Origin: an uncultured delta proteobacterium
GTDB lineage: Bacteria > Desulfobacterota > Binatia > UBA9968
DNA: 64,000 bases
Assembly (NCBI GenBank): GCA_963816145.1
Contig: CAWFJP010000030.1
Coordinates: forward strand, 1-64,000
Reading direction: 5' to 3'
In this document: positions 20,108-29,268 of the stretch, in pieces
How positions within the stretch are numbered: the first letter of the stretch is position 1
How the letters are laid out: each line of letters begins with the position of its first letter
Translations under genes and position numbers: made by a program
The notes under the pieces: generated by a model
The model's input: only the letters and a program-made list of their open reading frames with translations
Databases searched by the model: none
Told to the model about the DNA's origin: nothing

Positions 20108-21487
20108 CTACGCTTCGTCCATCTCGTCGCGGCTGCCGTATTCATCGCGCTCGGTGTAGTTCTCGAAGCGGGTGAATTCGCCAATGAATGTCAGATCTAT
20201 GGACCCTGTCGGGCCATTGCGCTGTTTGGCGATGATCACTTCGGCTTTGCCTTTCACGTCGTCGTTGTTCTTGTTGTAGACCTCGTCGCGGTAGATGAAC
20301 ATGATCACGTCGGCGTCTTGCTCGATGGCACCGGACTCGCGCAGGTCGGACATCTGCGGTCGCCGCTCGGAGCGGTCTTCGACACGGCGGTTGAGCTGCG
20401 AGAGCGCGATCACCGGAACACGCAGTTCTTTGGCGAGCGCTTTAAGCGAACGGGAGATTTCCGATATCTCTTGCTCACGGTTGTTGGCCTGTCCCATGCC
20501 GCGCATGAGCTGCAAATAGTCGACAACGACAAGTCCGACTTTTTTCGACCGGTCGCGTATCAGGCGACGCGCCTTGGCGCGCAGCTCCAACACTGAGATC
20601 GCCGGCGTGTCGTCGATATAGATCGGCGCCTCGTGCAACTTGCCCGCGGCCTTGGCCAATTGCGGGAAGTCACGCTCGCCGAGATAGCCAGAGCGGACTT
20701 TCGAGCTATTGACCCGCGCCTCGGAACAAAGCATGCGCAAAACCAATTGCTCCTTGCCCATTTCAAGGGAAAAGACCGCGGCGCCGACGCCGGTGTAGGC
20801 GGCGTTGGTGGCGATGTTGAGGGCAAATGCGGTCTTACCCATGCCGGGCCTGCCGGCGACGATGATCAAGTCCGAAGGCTGCAAGCCGGCGGTGATCTTG
20901 TCCAGGTCCTCATAGCCGGTAGGCACGCCGGTGATCATCTCCTTCCGTTGGTAAAGCTTATCGATGGTCTTGAGCGTGTCGGTGATCATATCGCCGACCG
21001 CGACGAAGGACTGTTTTATTTTCTTTTCCGAGATGTCGAAGATGACTTTTTCCGCGGTGTCGAGAAACTCATCAACATTGCCCTGCTCCTCGTAGCCTCG
21101 GGTGGCGATCTCGGTCGCCGTCGAAATCAGATTGCGCAGAATCGCCTTCTCATGAACGATTCGGACGTATTGGGCGATGTTGGCCGCCGTCGGCACGAAA
21201 TCGGCTAGCGACGCTAAGTAAGCGGTGCCGCCAACCGATTCAAGTTCGTTCTTGCTTTTGAGAAATTCGCTCAGGGTGATCAGATCCACCGGCTCGCTGC
21301 GATCGGTGATCTCGATCATGGCGCGCATGATCCGGCGGTGCGACTCGCGATAAAAATCTTCGGGGCGCAACGTCTCGAGCACGACATTGATCGCTTCGTT
21401 CTCGATCAAGATACCGCCCAACACCGACGACTCGGCATCGAGGTTTTGCGGTGGTATCTTGCGCAGATTATCTTCCAAGGCAGCCAT
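20108..21487 (-). CDS. dnaB: replicative DNA helicase
   Basis: PPQNLDAE, GRPGMGKT, VDYLQLM, DLRESGAIEQDAD and KQRNGP motifs. Confidence 0.97.
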   Translation of the reverse strand: MAALEDNLRKIPPQNLDAESSVLGGILIENEAINVVLETLRPEDFYRESHRRIMRAMIEITDRSEPVDLITLSEFLKSKNELESVGGTAYLASLADFVPTAANIAQYVRIVHEKAILRNLISTATEIATRGYEEQGNVDEFLDTAEKVIFDISEKKIKQSFVAVGDMITDTLKTIDKLYQRKEMITGVPTGYEDLDKITAGLQPSDLIIVAGRPGMGKTAFALNIATNAAYTGVGAAVFSLEMGKEQLVLRMLCSEARVNSSKVRSGYLGERDFPQLAKAAGKLHEAPIYIDDTPAISVLELRAKARRLIRDRSKKVGLVVVDYLQLMRGMGQANNREQEISEISRSLKALAKELRVPVIALSQLNRRVEDRSERRPQMSDLRESGAIEQDADVIMFIYRDEVYNKNNDDVKGKAEVIIAKQRNGPTGSIDLTFIGEFTRFENYTERDEYGSRDEMDEA

Positions 21488-21586
21488 GGTTTAGTTTTGA
21501 CCCGCTAAAGCGGAACGGCGCGTCGCACCAAAATGGAAAAATTTTTTCCCGACTCTAATTCATAAAATTTAAAAAGCAAGAAAATT

Positions 21587-21722
21587 TTTTACACATGCGC
21601 CGAGTTCAGTTCTGTCAAAGTCTCCGCTCAGATTTTGTGCAATTCGATCAGAAAAAACATCTTGCGACGCAACGTGACAGTTTTGAAAAAAATGGCAACA
21701 GTTTGTGAACAACTTATACACA
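21587..21722. promoter_or_regulatory. DnaA boxes in the AT-rich dnaB upstream region
   Basis: TTTTACACA 21587-21595 and TTATACACA 21714-21722 (both TTWTNCACA); inverted TGTGAACAA 21704-21712 (1 mismatch). Confidence 0.6.
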
Positions 21723-21781
21723 GCCTATGCGACGCACAAAAATTTCACCGCCAGGCCGGCCTGCGACAAGATCCCGGCAGG

Positions 21782-22138
21782 CTAACTCTGCTGGTAGGTT
21801 GCCGTCACGGTTGTGTGAATGCCACCGCGCACATTGAAGTCACCGACCACGATCATCTTGCGCGGCTGAAGCGCACCTACGAGATCGTCGAGGATCTTGT
21901 TGGTGACGGCTTCATGAAACGAGCCTTCGTTGCGAAAGGACCACAGGTAGAGTTTGAGCGATTTGAGTTCGACACAGAGCTTATCGGGCACGTAGGTAAT
22001 GCGAATCGTTGCGAAGTCCGGTTGGCCAGTCTTTGGGCAGACACAGGTGAACTCGGGACACTCCATGTTGATTTCAAAATCGCGACCTGGCCGCGGATTG
22101 GCAAATGTCTCTAAGCCTTTGCTCGGTTGGGTTGCCAT
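21782..22138 (-). CDS. queF: NADPH-dependent preQ0 reductase (unimodular)
   Basis: [27 protein letters not shown] and FNVRGG motifs. Confidence 0.95.
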   Translation of the reverse strand: MATQPSKGLETFANPRPGRDFEINMECPEFTCVCPKTGQPDFATIRITYVPDKLCVELKSLKLYLWSFRNEGSFHEAVTNKILDDLVGALQPRKMIVVGDFNVRGGIHTTVTATYQQS

Positions 22139-22260
22139 GCAGTCATTATAATAGCGCACCGTAATGCCATTGCAATTCGAGTACTTACCTTGACTCATAA
22201 AAACTCGGATGATAACACCATGATGCGTTTAGTGAATCCTTTCCGAGATCGGAGTTATCC

Positions 22261-23046
22261 ATGAAAGAGCCCAAAGCCGGCGAAAAGCTGAGCGAGCAAG
22301 AAGCCAAGGAATACGTCGATCATTTATACAAAGCGCTTTACAAATACGCCCACGAAAAAATCTACAAAGGCGCATTTATGACCCAGCTGCGCGACGGTAC
22401 TCTGCCCTTGCCGGTGATGCGCCAATTTTTCAAGAACTGGGGCCACTTTTCTCTTGAAGTTAACGCGCTCAACGCGGTCTCCTATTACACCCATCTGCCG
22501 TTTTTCGTGCGCCACTTCGACCTGTTAGGACCGTTCTGCGCCAAGATCGCCGACGAATTGATCTCACCCAAAGCGCCGGGTCATGTGCTCGTGCTCCTAC
22601 AAACCGCGGAGAAAATGGGCTTGAACAAGAAGGAGATGCTCGAAGATCCCTACCTGCCGGCCGCCCGCGCCATCAACGATTTTTGCCACAAAATTTTTAT
22701 CGACGGCTCCATTGTCGAACTCTGGGGTCTGCATGTTTTCGAAGAGTCATTGTCGATGTGGTCGGGCCAGTGGTTCACCGCCCTGACGACCCACTATGGC
22801 TTCAGCAAAAAGGACGCGGTCTATTTTTCGACCCACGAAGAAGCGGACATGGACACCCACAAGCTTGGCAGCAGCGATGAAGAAGCGATGGGCCATGGCG
22901 CCTTCAACCGCACCGTGCTCACCCGTGCTCTACAAGAGAGCGTCGAATTCCGTGCCGGCTATTCTTTGGAATACTGCGCCATGACGATGGTCGACCTGCA
23001 CGCGCAGATGAAGCAAGCCGCCCTCGATCATCCCTACAATCCCTAA
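22261..23046 (+). CDS. heme-oxygenase-like diiron (TenA/PqqC/CADD fold) protein
   Basis: Helical; candidate ligands DELISPKAPGH, VFEE and YFSTHEEAD...H. Confidence 0.72.
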   Translation: MKEPKAGEKLSEQEAKEYVDHLYKALYKYAHEKIYKGAFMTQLRDGTLPLPVMRQFFKNWGHFSLEVNALNAVSYYTHLPFFVRHFDLLGPFCAKIADELISPKAPGHVLVLLQTAEKMGLNKKEMLEDPYLPAARAINDFCHKIFIDGSIVELWGLHVFEESLSMWSGQWFTALTTHYGFSKKDAVYFSTHEEADMDTHKLGSSDEEAMGHGAFNRTVLTRALQESVEFRAGYSLEYCAMTMVDLHAQMKQAALDHPYNP

Positions 23047-23058
23047 AGTTTGGTTGAT

Positions 23059-23087
23059 CGTCGGGGCGAAAGATGTTTCGCCCCTGC
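23059..23087. repeat. REP-like hairpin (GTAGGGGCG type)
   Basis: CGTCGGGGCGAAA-GATG-TTTCGCCCCTGC. Confidence 0.55.
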
Positions 23088-23306
23088 TTCATTTCCCTCC
23101 CCTTCCGCAGTCCTTGGTGAGCATCGTCGAACCAGTCGTATGGTGAAACCAGTTTTACCATAATCTTATTCATGCTTTTCCACTGCAATCGACGACTTGC
23201 AGACAGCTCTCAAGTCGGGCACGATCATTTCTATCGGACCATTGTTTGCCGTGTTCAAGAACATGCAGCAGATGAAAAAACACTTCTGCCTGGCAGGTTT
23301 TTATAG

Positions 23307-25031
23307 ATGACTGATAGCGAGCTTGAGCCTCTACGTTCCATCCTTGCCGAGTTGGCGCCAAAAGGCCGCTCCGCACTCCTGCCGGCGTTGCATGCGGCGC
23401 AGCGGATCTACGGCTGGATCGCCGAACCGGTTGCGGTCGAATTAGGGCGCGCCTTAAATGTACCGCTCGCCGACGTGTGCGGCGTCATCGATTTCTATGA
23501 AATGTTTAACCGGCGACCGGTTGGCCGAACCGTTCTGCGTGTTTGCAGTGCGCCCGTTTGCACGGCGGTCGGCGCCGAAGCAGTAACAGAAGCGTTATGC
23601 CGTCACTTACAGGTCGAGCCGGGCGAAGTCAGCTCCGATGGTGCGTTCACTGTCGAGCAGGCCCCCTGCTTGGGCTTGTGCGACCTCGCGCCGGCAGTGC
23701 TTGTCGGCGAAAGCGCTCTCGGACATGCCGATCCCACTAAAGCAACCGCGATCTGCTCGCTTACCGGCCAAAAGCCAGCAAGTTTTATCGGGGGCGATAT
23801 CCGCATCCTGACGAGCAATTGCGGCCAAGGTCAACCCACGTCTCTCGCCGACTACCAGGCGCACGGCGGTTACACCGGACTAAAAAGAGCGTTAACAATA
23901 AAGCCGCAGGCGGTGATCGCCGAAGTTAAAGCTTCAGGGTTGGTCGGCCGCGGCGGTGCGGCCTTTCCGACTGGAGTCAAATGGGAGGGCGCGGCCAATG
24001 CGCCGGACCAACCCAAGTATATCGTCTGTAACGCCGACGAATCAGAGCCCGGTACGTTCAAAGATCGCATTCTGATGGAAGAAGACCCGCAGCGCATCAT
24101 CGAGGGGATGATCATCGCTGGCATTGCCGTGGGCGCGAACCAGGGTTACATCTACGTGCGCGGCGAGTACCCGTATGCCTTCAAAGTCATGAGCGATGCG
24201 TTGGCCGAGGCGTGCCAAGCCGGCGTGATCGGCGCGAATGTTTTTGGCTCCGGCTTTAATTTCGACATTGAAATGAGACTAGGCGCCGGCGCGTATATTT
24301 GCGGCGAGGAAACCGCGCTGTTGGAATCCATCGAAGGCAAGCGCGGCTTGCCGCGCATCAAACCGCCGTTCCCTACCAACCACGGCCTGTTCGGCAAGCC
24401 GACTGTCATTAATAACGTGGAAACTTTCTGCAACGTCCCGCTGATCATCGACAGGGGTGCCGCCGAATATCGCAAAATCGGCATCGAGCGATCGCCCGGT
24501 CCAAAACTTTTCTGCGTGTCGGGTCACGTCCAACGGCCTGGGCTTTACGAGGTGCCGCTTGGCATCACCTTGCGCCATTTGCTGTTCGATCTCGCGGGTG
24601 GACTCAAGCCAGGGCGCAAGCTGCAAGCGGTGCTCATGGGCGGCGCTGCCGGCGCATTCGCCATTGAGAAAGATCTCGATGTAAAATTATCCTTCGAGAG
24701 TTTGAGCGCGGCAGGACTGCCGCTCGGGTCCGGCGCAGTCATGGCCTTCGACGACAGCGCCGACATGCGCGACGTGCTCAAACGCCTAGCACACTTCTTT
24801 GCCGATGAAAGCTGCGGCAAATGTTATCCATGCCAGTTGGGCACCCGGTGGCAGTTTGAAATTCTCGAACGTGCCGCCGCCGGCCATCCGCTCGCCGGCG
24901 ACCGCGAGCGCTTGTCGGATGTGGGCCATACAATGATCGACGCATCGCTTTGCGGCCTGGGCCAGACGGCGCCCACGGCGATACTCAGTGCGATGAAGTT
25001 GTGGCCGGAGATGTTCGATGCGGGGAAATAG
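23307..25031 (+). CDS. NuoE-NuoF fusion (diaphorase subunit of NAD-linked formate dehydrogenase)
   Basis: 2Fe-2S motif CSAPVC...CLGLC; GLVGRGGAAFP, NADESEPG, GAGAYICGEE and ESCGKCYPC. Confidence 0.92.
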   Translation: MTDSELEPLRSILAELAPKGRSALLPALHAAQRIYGWIAEPVAVELGRALNVPLADVCGVIDFYEMFNRRPVGRTVLRVCSAPVCTAVGAEAVTEALCRHLQVEPGEVSSDGAFTVEQAPCLGLCDLAPAVLVGESALGHADPTKATAICSLTGQKPASFIGGDIRILTSNCGQGQPTSLADYQAHGGYTGLKRALTIKPQAVIAEVKASGLVGRGGAAFPTGVKWEGAANAPDQPKYIVCNADESEPGTFKDRILMEEDPQRIIEGMIIAGIAVGANQGYIYVRGEYPYAFKVMSDALAEACQAGVIGANVFGSGFNFDIEMRLGAGAYICGEETALLESIEGKRGLPRIKPPFPTNHGLFGKPTVINNVETFCNVPLIIDRGAAEYRKIGIERSPGPKLFCVSGHVQRPGLYEVPLGITLRHLLFDLAGGLKPGRKLQAVLMGGAAGAFAIEKDLDVKLSFESLSAAGLPLGSGAVMAFDDSADMRDVLKRLAHFFADESCGKCYPCQLGTRWQFEILERAAAGHPLAGDRERLSDVGHTMIDASLCGLGQTAPTAILSAMKLWPEMFDAGK

Positions 25032-25035
25032 GATT

Positions 25036-25113
25036 CACCACGAAGGCACGAAGGACACGAAGGTTTCGGACTATTATTTTTCCGAACTTCGTGATCTTCG
25101 TGCCTTCGTGGTG
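25036..25113. repeat. CACCACGAAG-family palindromic element
   Basis: CACCACGAAGGCACGAAG...TTCGGA-loop-TCCGAA...CTTCGTGCCTTCGTGGTG. Confidence 0.85.
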
Positions 25114-25148
25114 CAAGGTTCTGGACCGATTAACCACAGTGATTTCAT

Positions 25149-25847
25149 ATGCCTGATGTAACTCTCACCATCGACGGTACTACCGTCACCGTACCCGCGG
25201 GGACGACGATTCTCAAAGCGGCAGAGCAGCTCGGCCGTCAGGTACCAACTATCTGCTATCACGACCACTGCACGTCGAACGGTCTCTGCCGCATCTGCGT
25301 GGTCGAAGTCGACGGCGTCAAGCCACTGCTGCCGGCCTGCTTGAGCCGGGTGAGCGAAGGGATGAAAGTCTCCACATTGAGTGCCCGCGCCGAGCGCAGC
25401 CGCCGGACGATCCTCGAAATGCTCGACTCGGCGGTGGATCTGTCGCAGGCGCCGGAAATTCAAAAGTTCATCGACGACGATCGAGCCGATCGATCGCGCT
25501 TTGCCGATGGCAACAAGCGCGCCCATCCTGTGCTCGATGACAACCCGATGTATATTCGCGATTACTCCAAGTGCATTTTGTGCTGGCGCTGCGTCCAGGT
25601 GTGCGCCGACGACGCGCAGTACACCTACGCGATCAATTTCACAGGGCGCGGTTTCGACACCGCCATCGGCACCTTCTTCGATAAGCCCATGCCGGAAACC
25701 AGCTGCGTCTTCTGCGGTCAGTGCGTCGGCGTTTGCCCCACCGGCGCGCTCAAGCCGAAGCGCGAGGCGCTGCTCGAACAGGGAGTTTCCTTGGATGAGA
25801 TCCTGCAGGCAACCCGGGGCGGCAACCGGCGCCGGAGGAAATCGTGA
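25149..25847 (+). CDS. 2Fe-2S/2x4Fe-4S subunit (NuoG/FdsA N-terminal module)
   Basis: [18 protein letters not shown] and [16 protein letters not shown] motifs. Confidence 0.9.
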   Translation: MPDVTLTIDGTTVTVPAGTTILKAAEQLGRQVPTICYHDHCTSNGLCRICVVEVDGVKPLLPACLSRVSEGMKVSTLSARAERSRRTILEMLDSAVDLSQAPEIQKFIDDDRADRSRFADGNKRAHPVLDDNPMYIRDYSKCILCWRCVQVCADDAQYTYAINFTGRGFDTAIGTFFDKPMPETSCVFCGQCVGVCPTGALKPKREALLEQGVSLDEILQATRGGNRRRRKS

Positions 25848-28009
25848 TGATCAGCGCCGATCGTGTCGTCCGCACCACTTGTCCCTACTGCGGCGTGGGT
25901 TGCAATCTGCAGCTGCACATCAAAGACGAATATATTTACAAAGTAACGTCGCCTTTCGAGTCAATCGTCAACCACGGCAATCTCTGTGTGAAGGGCCGCT
26001 TCGGCTACGACTTTATTTACAACAAAGACCGGGTCACCACGCCGATGATTCGCAAGCAAGCCCAGGCACCCGGAGCGCGCACGCAGGCTTTCGATCGCAG
26101 CGAGTGGCGCGAAGTGTCCTGGGACCAGGCCCTCGACTACACCGCCAGCCGACTGGTCGAGATTTATCAACGCGACGGCGCCGACGCCATGGCGGTGTAT
26201 TGCTGCGCCAAGGCAACCAATGAGGACAATTATCTTTTGCAAAAACTTTACCGCGCGCTGTTTCGCACCAACAATATCGACCACTGCACGCGCTTGTGCC
26301 ACGCGGGCTCCGTAGTCGCGCTGCAGATGGCGCTGGGCTCTTCGGCGATGAGCAACACCGCGGCCGAAGTGATTCACAACGATGTGTTCATCGTCACCGG
26401 TTCCAACACCGCGGAGACCCATCCGATCATCGCTTTGCAAATGAAGGCCGCCGTGGAGAAACATGGCGCCAAGCTTATCGTCGTCGATCCGCGCCGCGTC
26501 GAGATGGTCAACTGGTCTGCGCTCTGGCTGCCCGAAAAGCCCGGTACCGACGTGCCGATCTTCTCCGCCATGGCCCATGTCATCATTAAAGAAAAACTTT
26601 ACAATCAAGACTTCATCGACCGGCGCACCGAGGGCTTCGCTGAATTCGCCAAATCGGTGGAGAATGTCACGCCGGAATACGCCGCAGCGATCTCTGGCGT
26701 AGATCGTAATCTGATCATTCAAGCCGCGCGCATGTATGCCGGCGCCAAGAACGCGGCGATCTACTGGGCGCTGGGTATTCCCGAGCACTCCCACGGCACC
26801 GATAACGCGATGTCGTTGATTCACCTGGCGCTGCTCACCGGCCACATCGGCCGCCAAGGCACCGGTTTGAATCCGTTGCGTGGCCAAAACAACGTCCAGG
26901 GCGCTTCGGACTCCGGTGCGATGCCTTGGCACTATCCCGGTTATCAGCGTGTCGATGATGAGGCGAGCGCGCACAAATTCGAGCAGGCGTGGAAGATCGA
27001 ATCCGGCGGTCTCAATCGGAATCTCGGATTAACGACCACCGAGATCATGAGTGCGGTCGGCCCGGGCGGCGTGCGCGCGCTCCACGTCATGGGCGAAAAT
27101 CCGATGATGTCCGAGCCCAATCTAAACCACACGCGCCATATGATCGAGCAGTTGGAGTTTCTGTCGGTGCAGGACTTGTTCATCAATGAAACCGGCGCCT
27201 ACGCCGACGTCTTTTTGCCGGCGGCATCTTGGGCCGAGAAAGATGGTACCTTCACCAACACCGACCGCCGCGTGCAACGCGTGCGCAAAGCACTTGAACC
27301 GCGCGGCCAAGCGCGAGCCGACTGGCAGATCAACTGCGAACTCGCCCAACGCATAGAAAAGAAACTCGGAAGATCAACCTCCACTTTCTGGGCGTATCAG
27401 TCACCCGCCGAAGTGCTCAACGAGATGGGCCGTGTCGTGCCGGAATATGCTGGCGTGAAATATCCACGCATCGACGACACGGGGCTTCAGACACCCGTGT
27501 GGGACGATAATCATCCCGGCACACCGTATCTATTCGCTGAAAGCTTCCCCCGCGGCCGCGGCAAATTCTACGATATCGAGTACGTGCCTTCGGTTGAAAT
27601 GCCCGACGAGCAATATCCGTTCATCCTCACCACCGGACGCCTGCTCGAGCACTGGCATGGCGGCACGCTAACGCGCCATTCGAAACTCGACGACCTCTAT
27701 CCGTCGGCGCGCATTGAAATCAATCCTGCCGACGCGGCCCGCCTGAAGATCGAAAACGACCAGGCCGTGCGCGTCTCATCGCGCCGCGGCACCGTCGTCC
27801 TGCGCGTTTGGGTGACCGAGCGGACGACTGTCGGCGTGGTCTTTATTCCGATGCATTTTCACGAAGCTGCCGCCAACCTGCTCACCATCGACGCCTTGGA
27901 CCCGCTGGCCAAAATCCCCGAGTACAAAGCCTGCGCCGTGCGCATTGTGCAGGCGGCGCAAAAGGATCTGGAAGGGTCCGGAGCAACGGTGGAACGAGGC
28001 CGGTATTAA
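25844..28009 (+). CDS. fdhF: formate dehydrogenase alpha subunit (Mo/W-bisPGD, Cys ligand)
   Basis: [27 protein letters not shown] and IPEYKACAV motifs. Confidence 0.93.
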   Translation: MMISADRVVRTTCPYCGVGCNLQLHIKDEYIYKVTSPFESIVNHGNLCVKGRFGYDFIYNKDRVTTPMIRKQAQAPGARTQAFDRSEWREVSWDQALDYTASRLVEIYQRDGADAMAVYCCAKATNEDNYLLQKLYRALFRTNNIDHCTRLCHAGSVVALQMALGSSAMSNTAAEVIHNDVFIVTGSNTAETHPIIALQMKAAVEKHGAKLIVVDPRRVEMVNWSALWLPEKPGTDVPIFSAMAHVIIKEKLYNQDFIDRRTEGFAEFAKSVENVTPEYAAAISGVDRNLIIQAARMYAGAKNAAIYWALGIPEHSHGTDNAMSLIHLALLTGHIGRQGTGLNPLRGQNNVQGASDSGAMPWHYPGYQRVDDEASAHKFEQAWKIESGGLNRNLGLTTTEIMSAVGPGGVRALHVMGENPMMSEPNLNHTRHMIEQLEFLSVQDLFINETGAYADVFLPAASWAEKDGTFTNTDRRVQRVRKALEPRGQARADWQINCELAQRIEKKLGRSTSTFWAYQSPAEVLNEMGRVVPEYAGVKYPRIDDTGLQTPVWDDNHPGTPYLFAESFPRGRGKFYDIEYVPSVEMPDEQYPFILTTGRLLEHWHGGTLTRHSKLDDLYPSARIEINPADAARLKIENDQAVRVSSRRGTVVLRVWVTERTTVGVVFIPMHFHEAAANLLTIDALDPLAKIPEYKACAVRIVQAAQKDLEGSGATVERGRY

Positions 28010-28071
28010 TTCCGAGCGCAAACGATTACCAACGCGGCTCTACCCTTGAATCCAGAAAAAACATTTCGGAT

Positions 28072-28232
28072 TCGGATATTATTCCCGTAAAGGCGCCAAG
28101 ACGCTAAGTGACGGGCCGTGCCCGTCATCCCGAGTTGAGGCGAGGGTCCTGAAGAAGATTTCTCCCTTTGGTCGAAATGACAATTCTTTACTCACCTTCG
28201 CGGTTTTTGCGACTTGGCAGGAGATATTCCGA
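28072..28232. repeat. composite palindromic element (CGCAAAG-type arms enclosing a GTCATCCCGAG...AAATGACA element)
   Basis: Outer arms CCCGTAAAGGCGCCAAGACGC and GCGACTTGGCAGGAGA; inner 28124-28182 similar to 48109-48190. Confidence 0.65.
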
Positions 28233-28311
28233 GATTCATTGCATCGCTGCCGCGCGCCAGCCGCGGCGTCTTGACTATCTTGTTCGTGCGACCCTACTGT
28301 AGATACGATTC

Positions 28312-29265
28312 ATGAATCGCCCCGACAATGAAATCATGAACGATCTTCGGACCATCGCTAATGCGACCGCCGTTATTCTGACCGGCGGCAAGAGTTCGCG
28401 CATGGGCCGGCCCAAAGCGCTGCTGCCGTTCGACGGCGAGCCGCTGATCGTCCATGTCGTCAGAAATTTAAAAAACATTTTTGCCGAAGCCATCGTCGTC
28501 GCCGCCCCCGAGCAGGAGCTGCCGATCTTGCCGGCCCTGTTGGTGCGCGATGAGGTGGCTTATCAGGGGCCGGTGAGCGGCATTTACCATGGCCTGAAAG
28601 CGTCGACCAAGAATGTCTGTTTCGTGACCTCATGCGATGCGCCCTTTCTCAATCTTCAGTTGATCGCCCATCTCTTGGCGCAAATTCTAGACTATGATGT
28701 CGTCGTGCCCTATTGGCAGGAGCGATTTCAGCCGCTGCATGCCGCGTACCGGCGCAGCGTCGCGCCGCTTCTGCGTAAACAGCTCGAGCGCGGCGAACTG
28801 CGCCCGATTTCGCTGTATCCGATGGTTCGTACTCGCGAAATTCACGAAGACGAAATCCGCCGGCTTGATCCCGAGGGTTTGAGCTTTCTTAACATGAATA
28901 GCCCGGAAGACTACCAAGAAGCTTTGACGCGCTGGAATACGATACAAAGATTTGCCATAGAGCCCGCCTCTCCCCACTCTGTCGATGACTCTATTTCTGT
29001 CTCCATCGAGCTGTTCGGCGTCGCCCGCATGTTGGCCAAGACCCAAACGCTAGCGCTATCGCTGCCGCAAGGAGCGACGCTCGCGCATGTGCTCTCAGCC
29101 CTCGCTGATAAATTGCCGGCTCTCGTGGGCCGGGTTGTCAATTCCGAAGGCCTGCTTGCCGGCTATTCCTGCAACATCAATGGCCTGGACTTCGTTCGCA
29201 CTCCAAGCACCAAGATCAATCCGGGAGACAAGATTTTGATTCTTTCCGCAGACGCGGGAGGTTGA
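28312..29265 (+). CDS. mobA: molybdenum cofactor guanylyltransferase fused to a C-terminal MoaD/ThiS domain
   Basis: ILTGGKSSRMGRPKA, GPVSG, CDAPF and NMNSPEDY; C-terminal SIELFG...SADAGG; TTGACT-18-TACTGT upstream. Confidence 0.88.
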   Translation: MNRPDNEIMNDLRTIANATAVILTGGKSSRMGRPKALLPFDGEPLIVHVVRNLKNIFAEAIVVAAPEQELPILPALLVRDEVAYQGPVSGIYHGLKASTKNVCFVTSCDAPFLNLQLIAHLLAQILDYDVVVPYWQERFQPLHAAYRRSVAPLLRKQLERGELRPISLYPMVRTREIHEDEIRRLDPEGLSFLNMNSPEDYQEALTRWNTIQRFAIEPASPHSVDDSISVSIELFGVARMLAKTQTLALSLPQGATLAHVLSALADKLPALVGRVVNSEGLLAGYSCNINGLDFVRTPSTKINPGDKILILSADAGG

Positions 29266-29268
29266 ACC

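Noticed and set aside
23218-23234. Sigma54 promoter GGCACGATCATTTCT upstream of fdh
   Set aside because: The -12 element is TC instead of GC; too weak to call.
23307-25031. Electron-bifurcating HydB-type subunit
   Set aside because: It ends right after the NuoF 4Fe-4S site and lacks the C-terminal 2x[4Fe-4S] domain.
25036-25113. CRISPR-like repeats
   Set aside because: These are short subunits forming one palindrome with no unique spacers; no cas genes are present.
25844-28009. Selenocysteine FDH
   Set aside because: The active site is Cys (CTRLCHA, TGC codon); there is no in-frame TGA.
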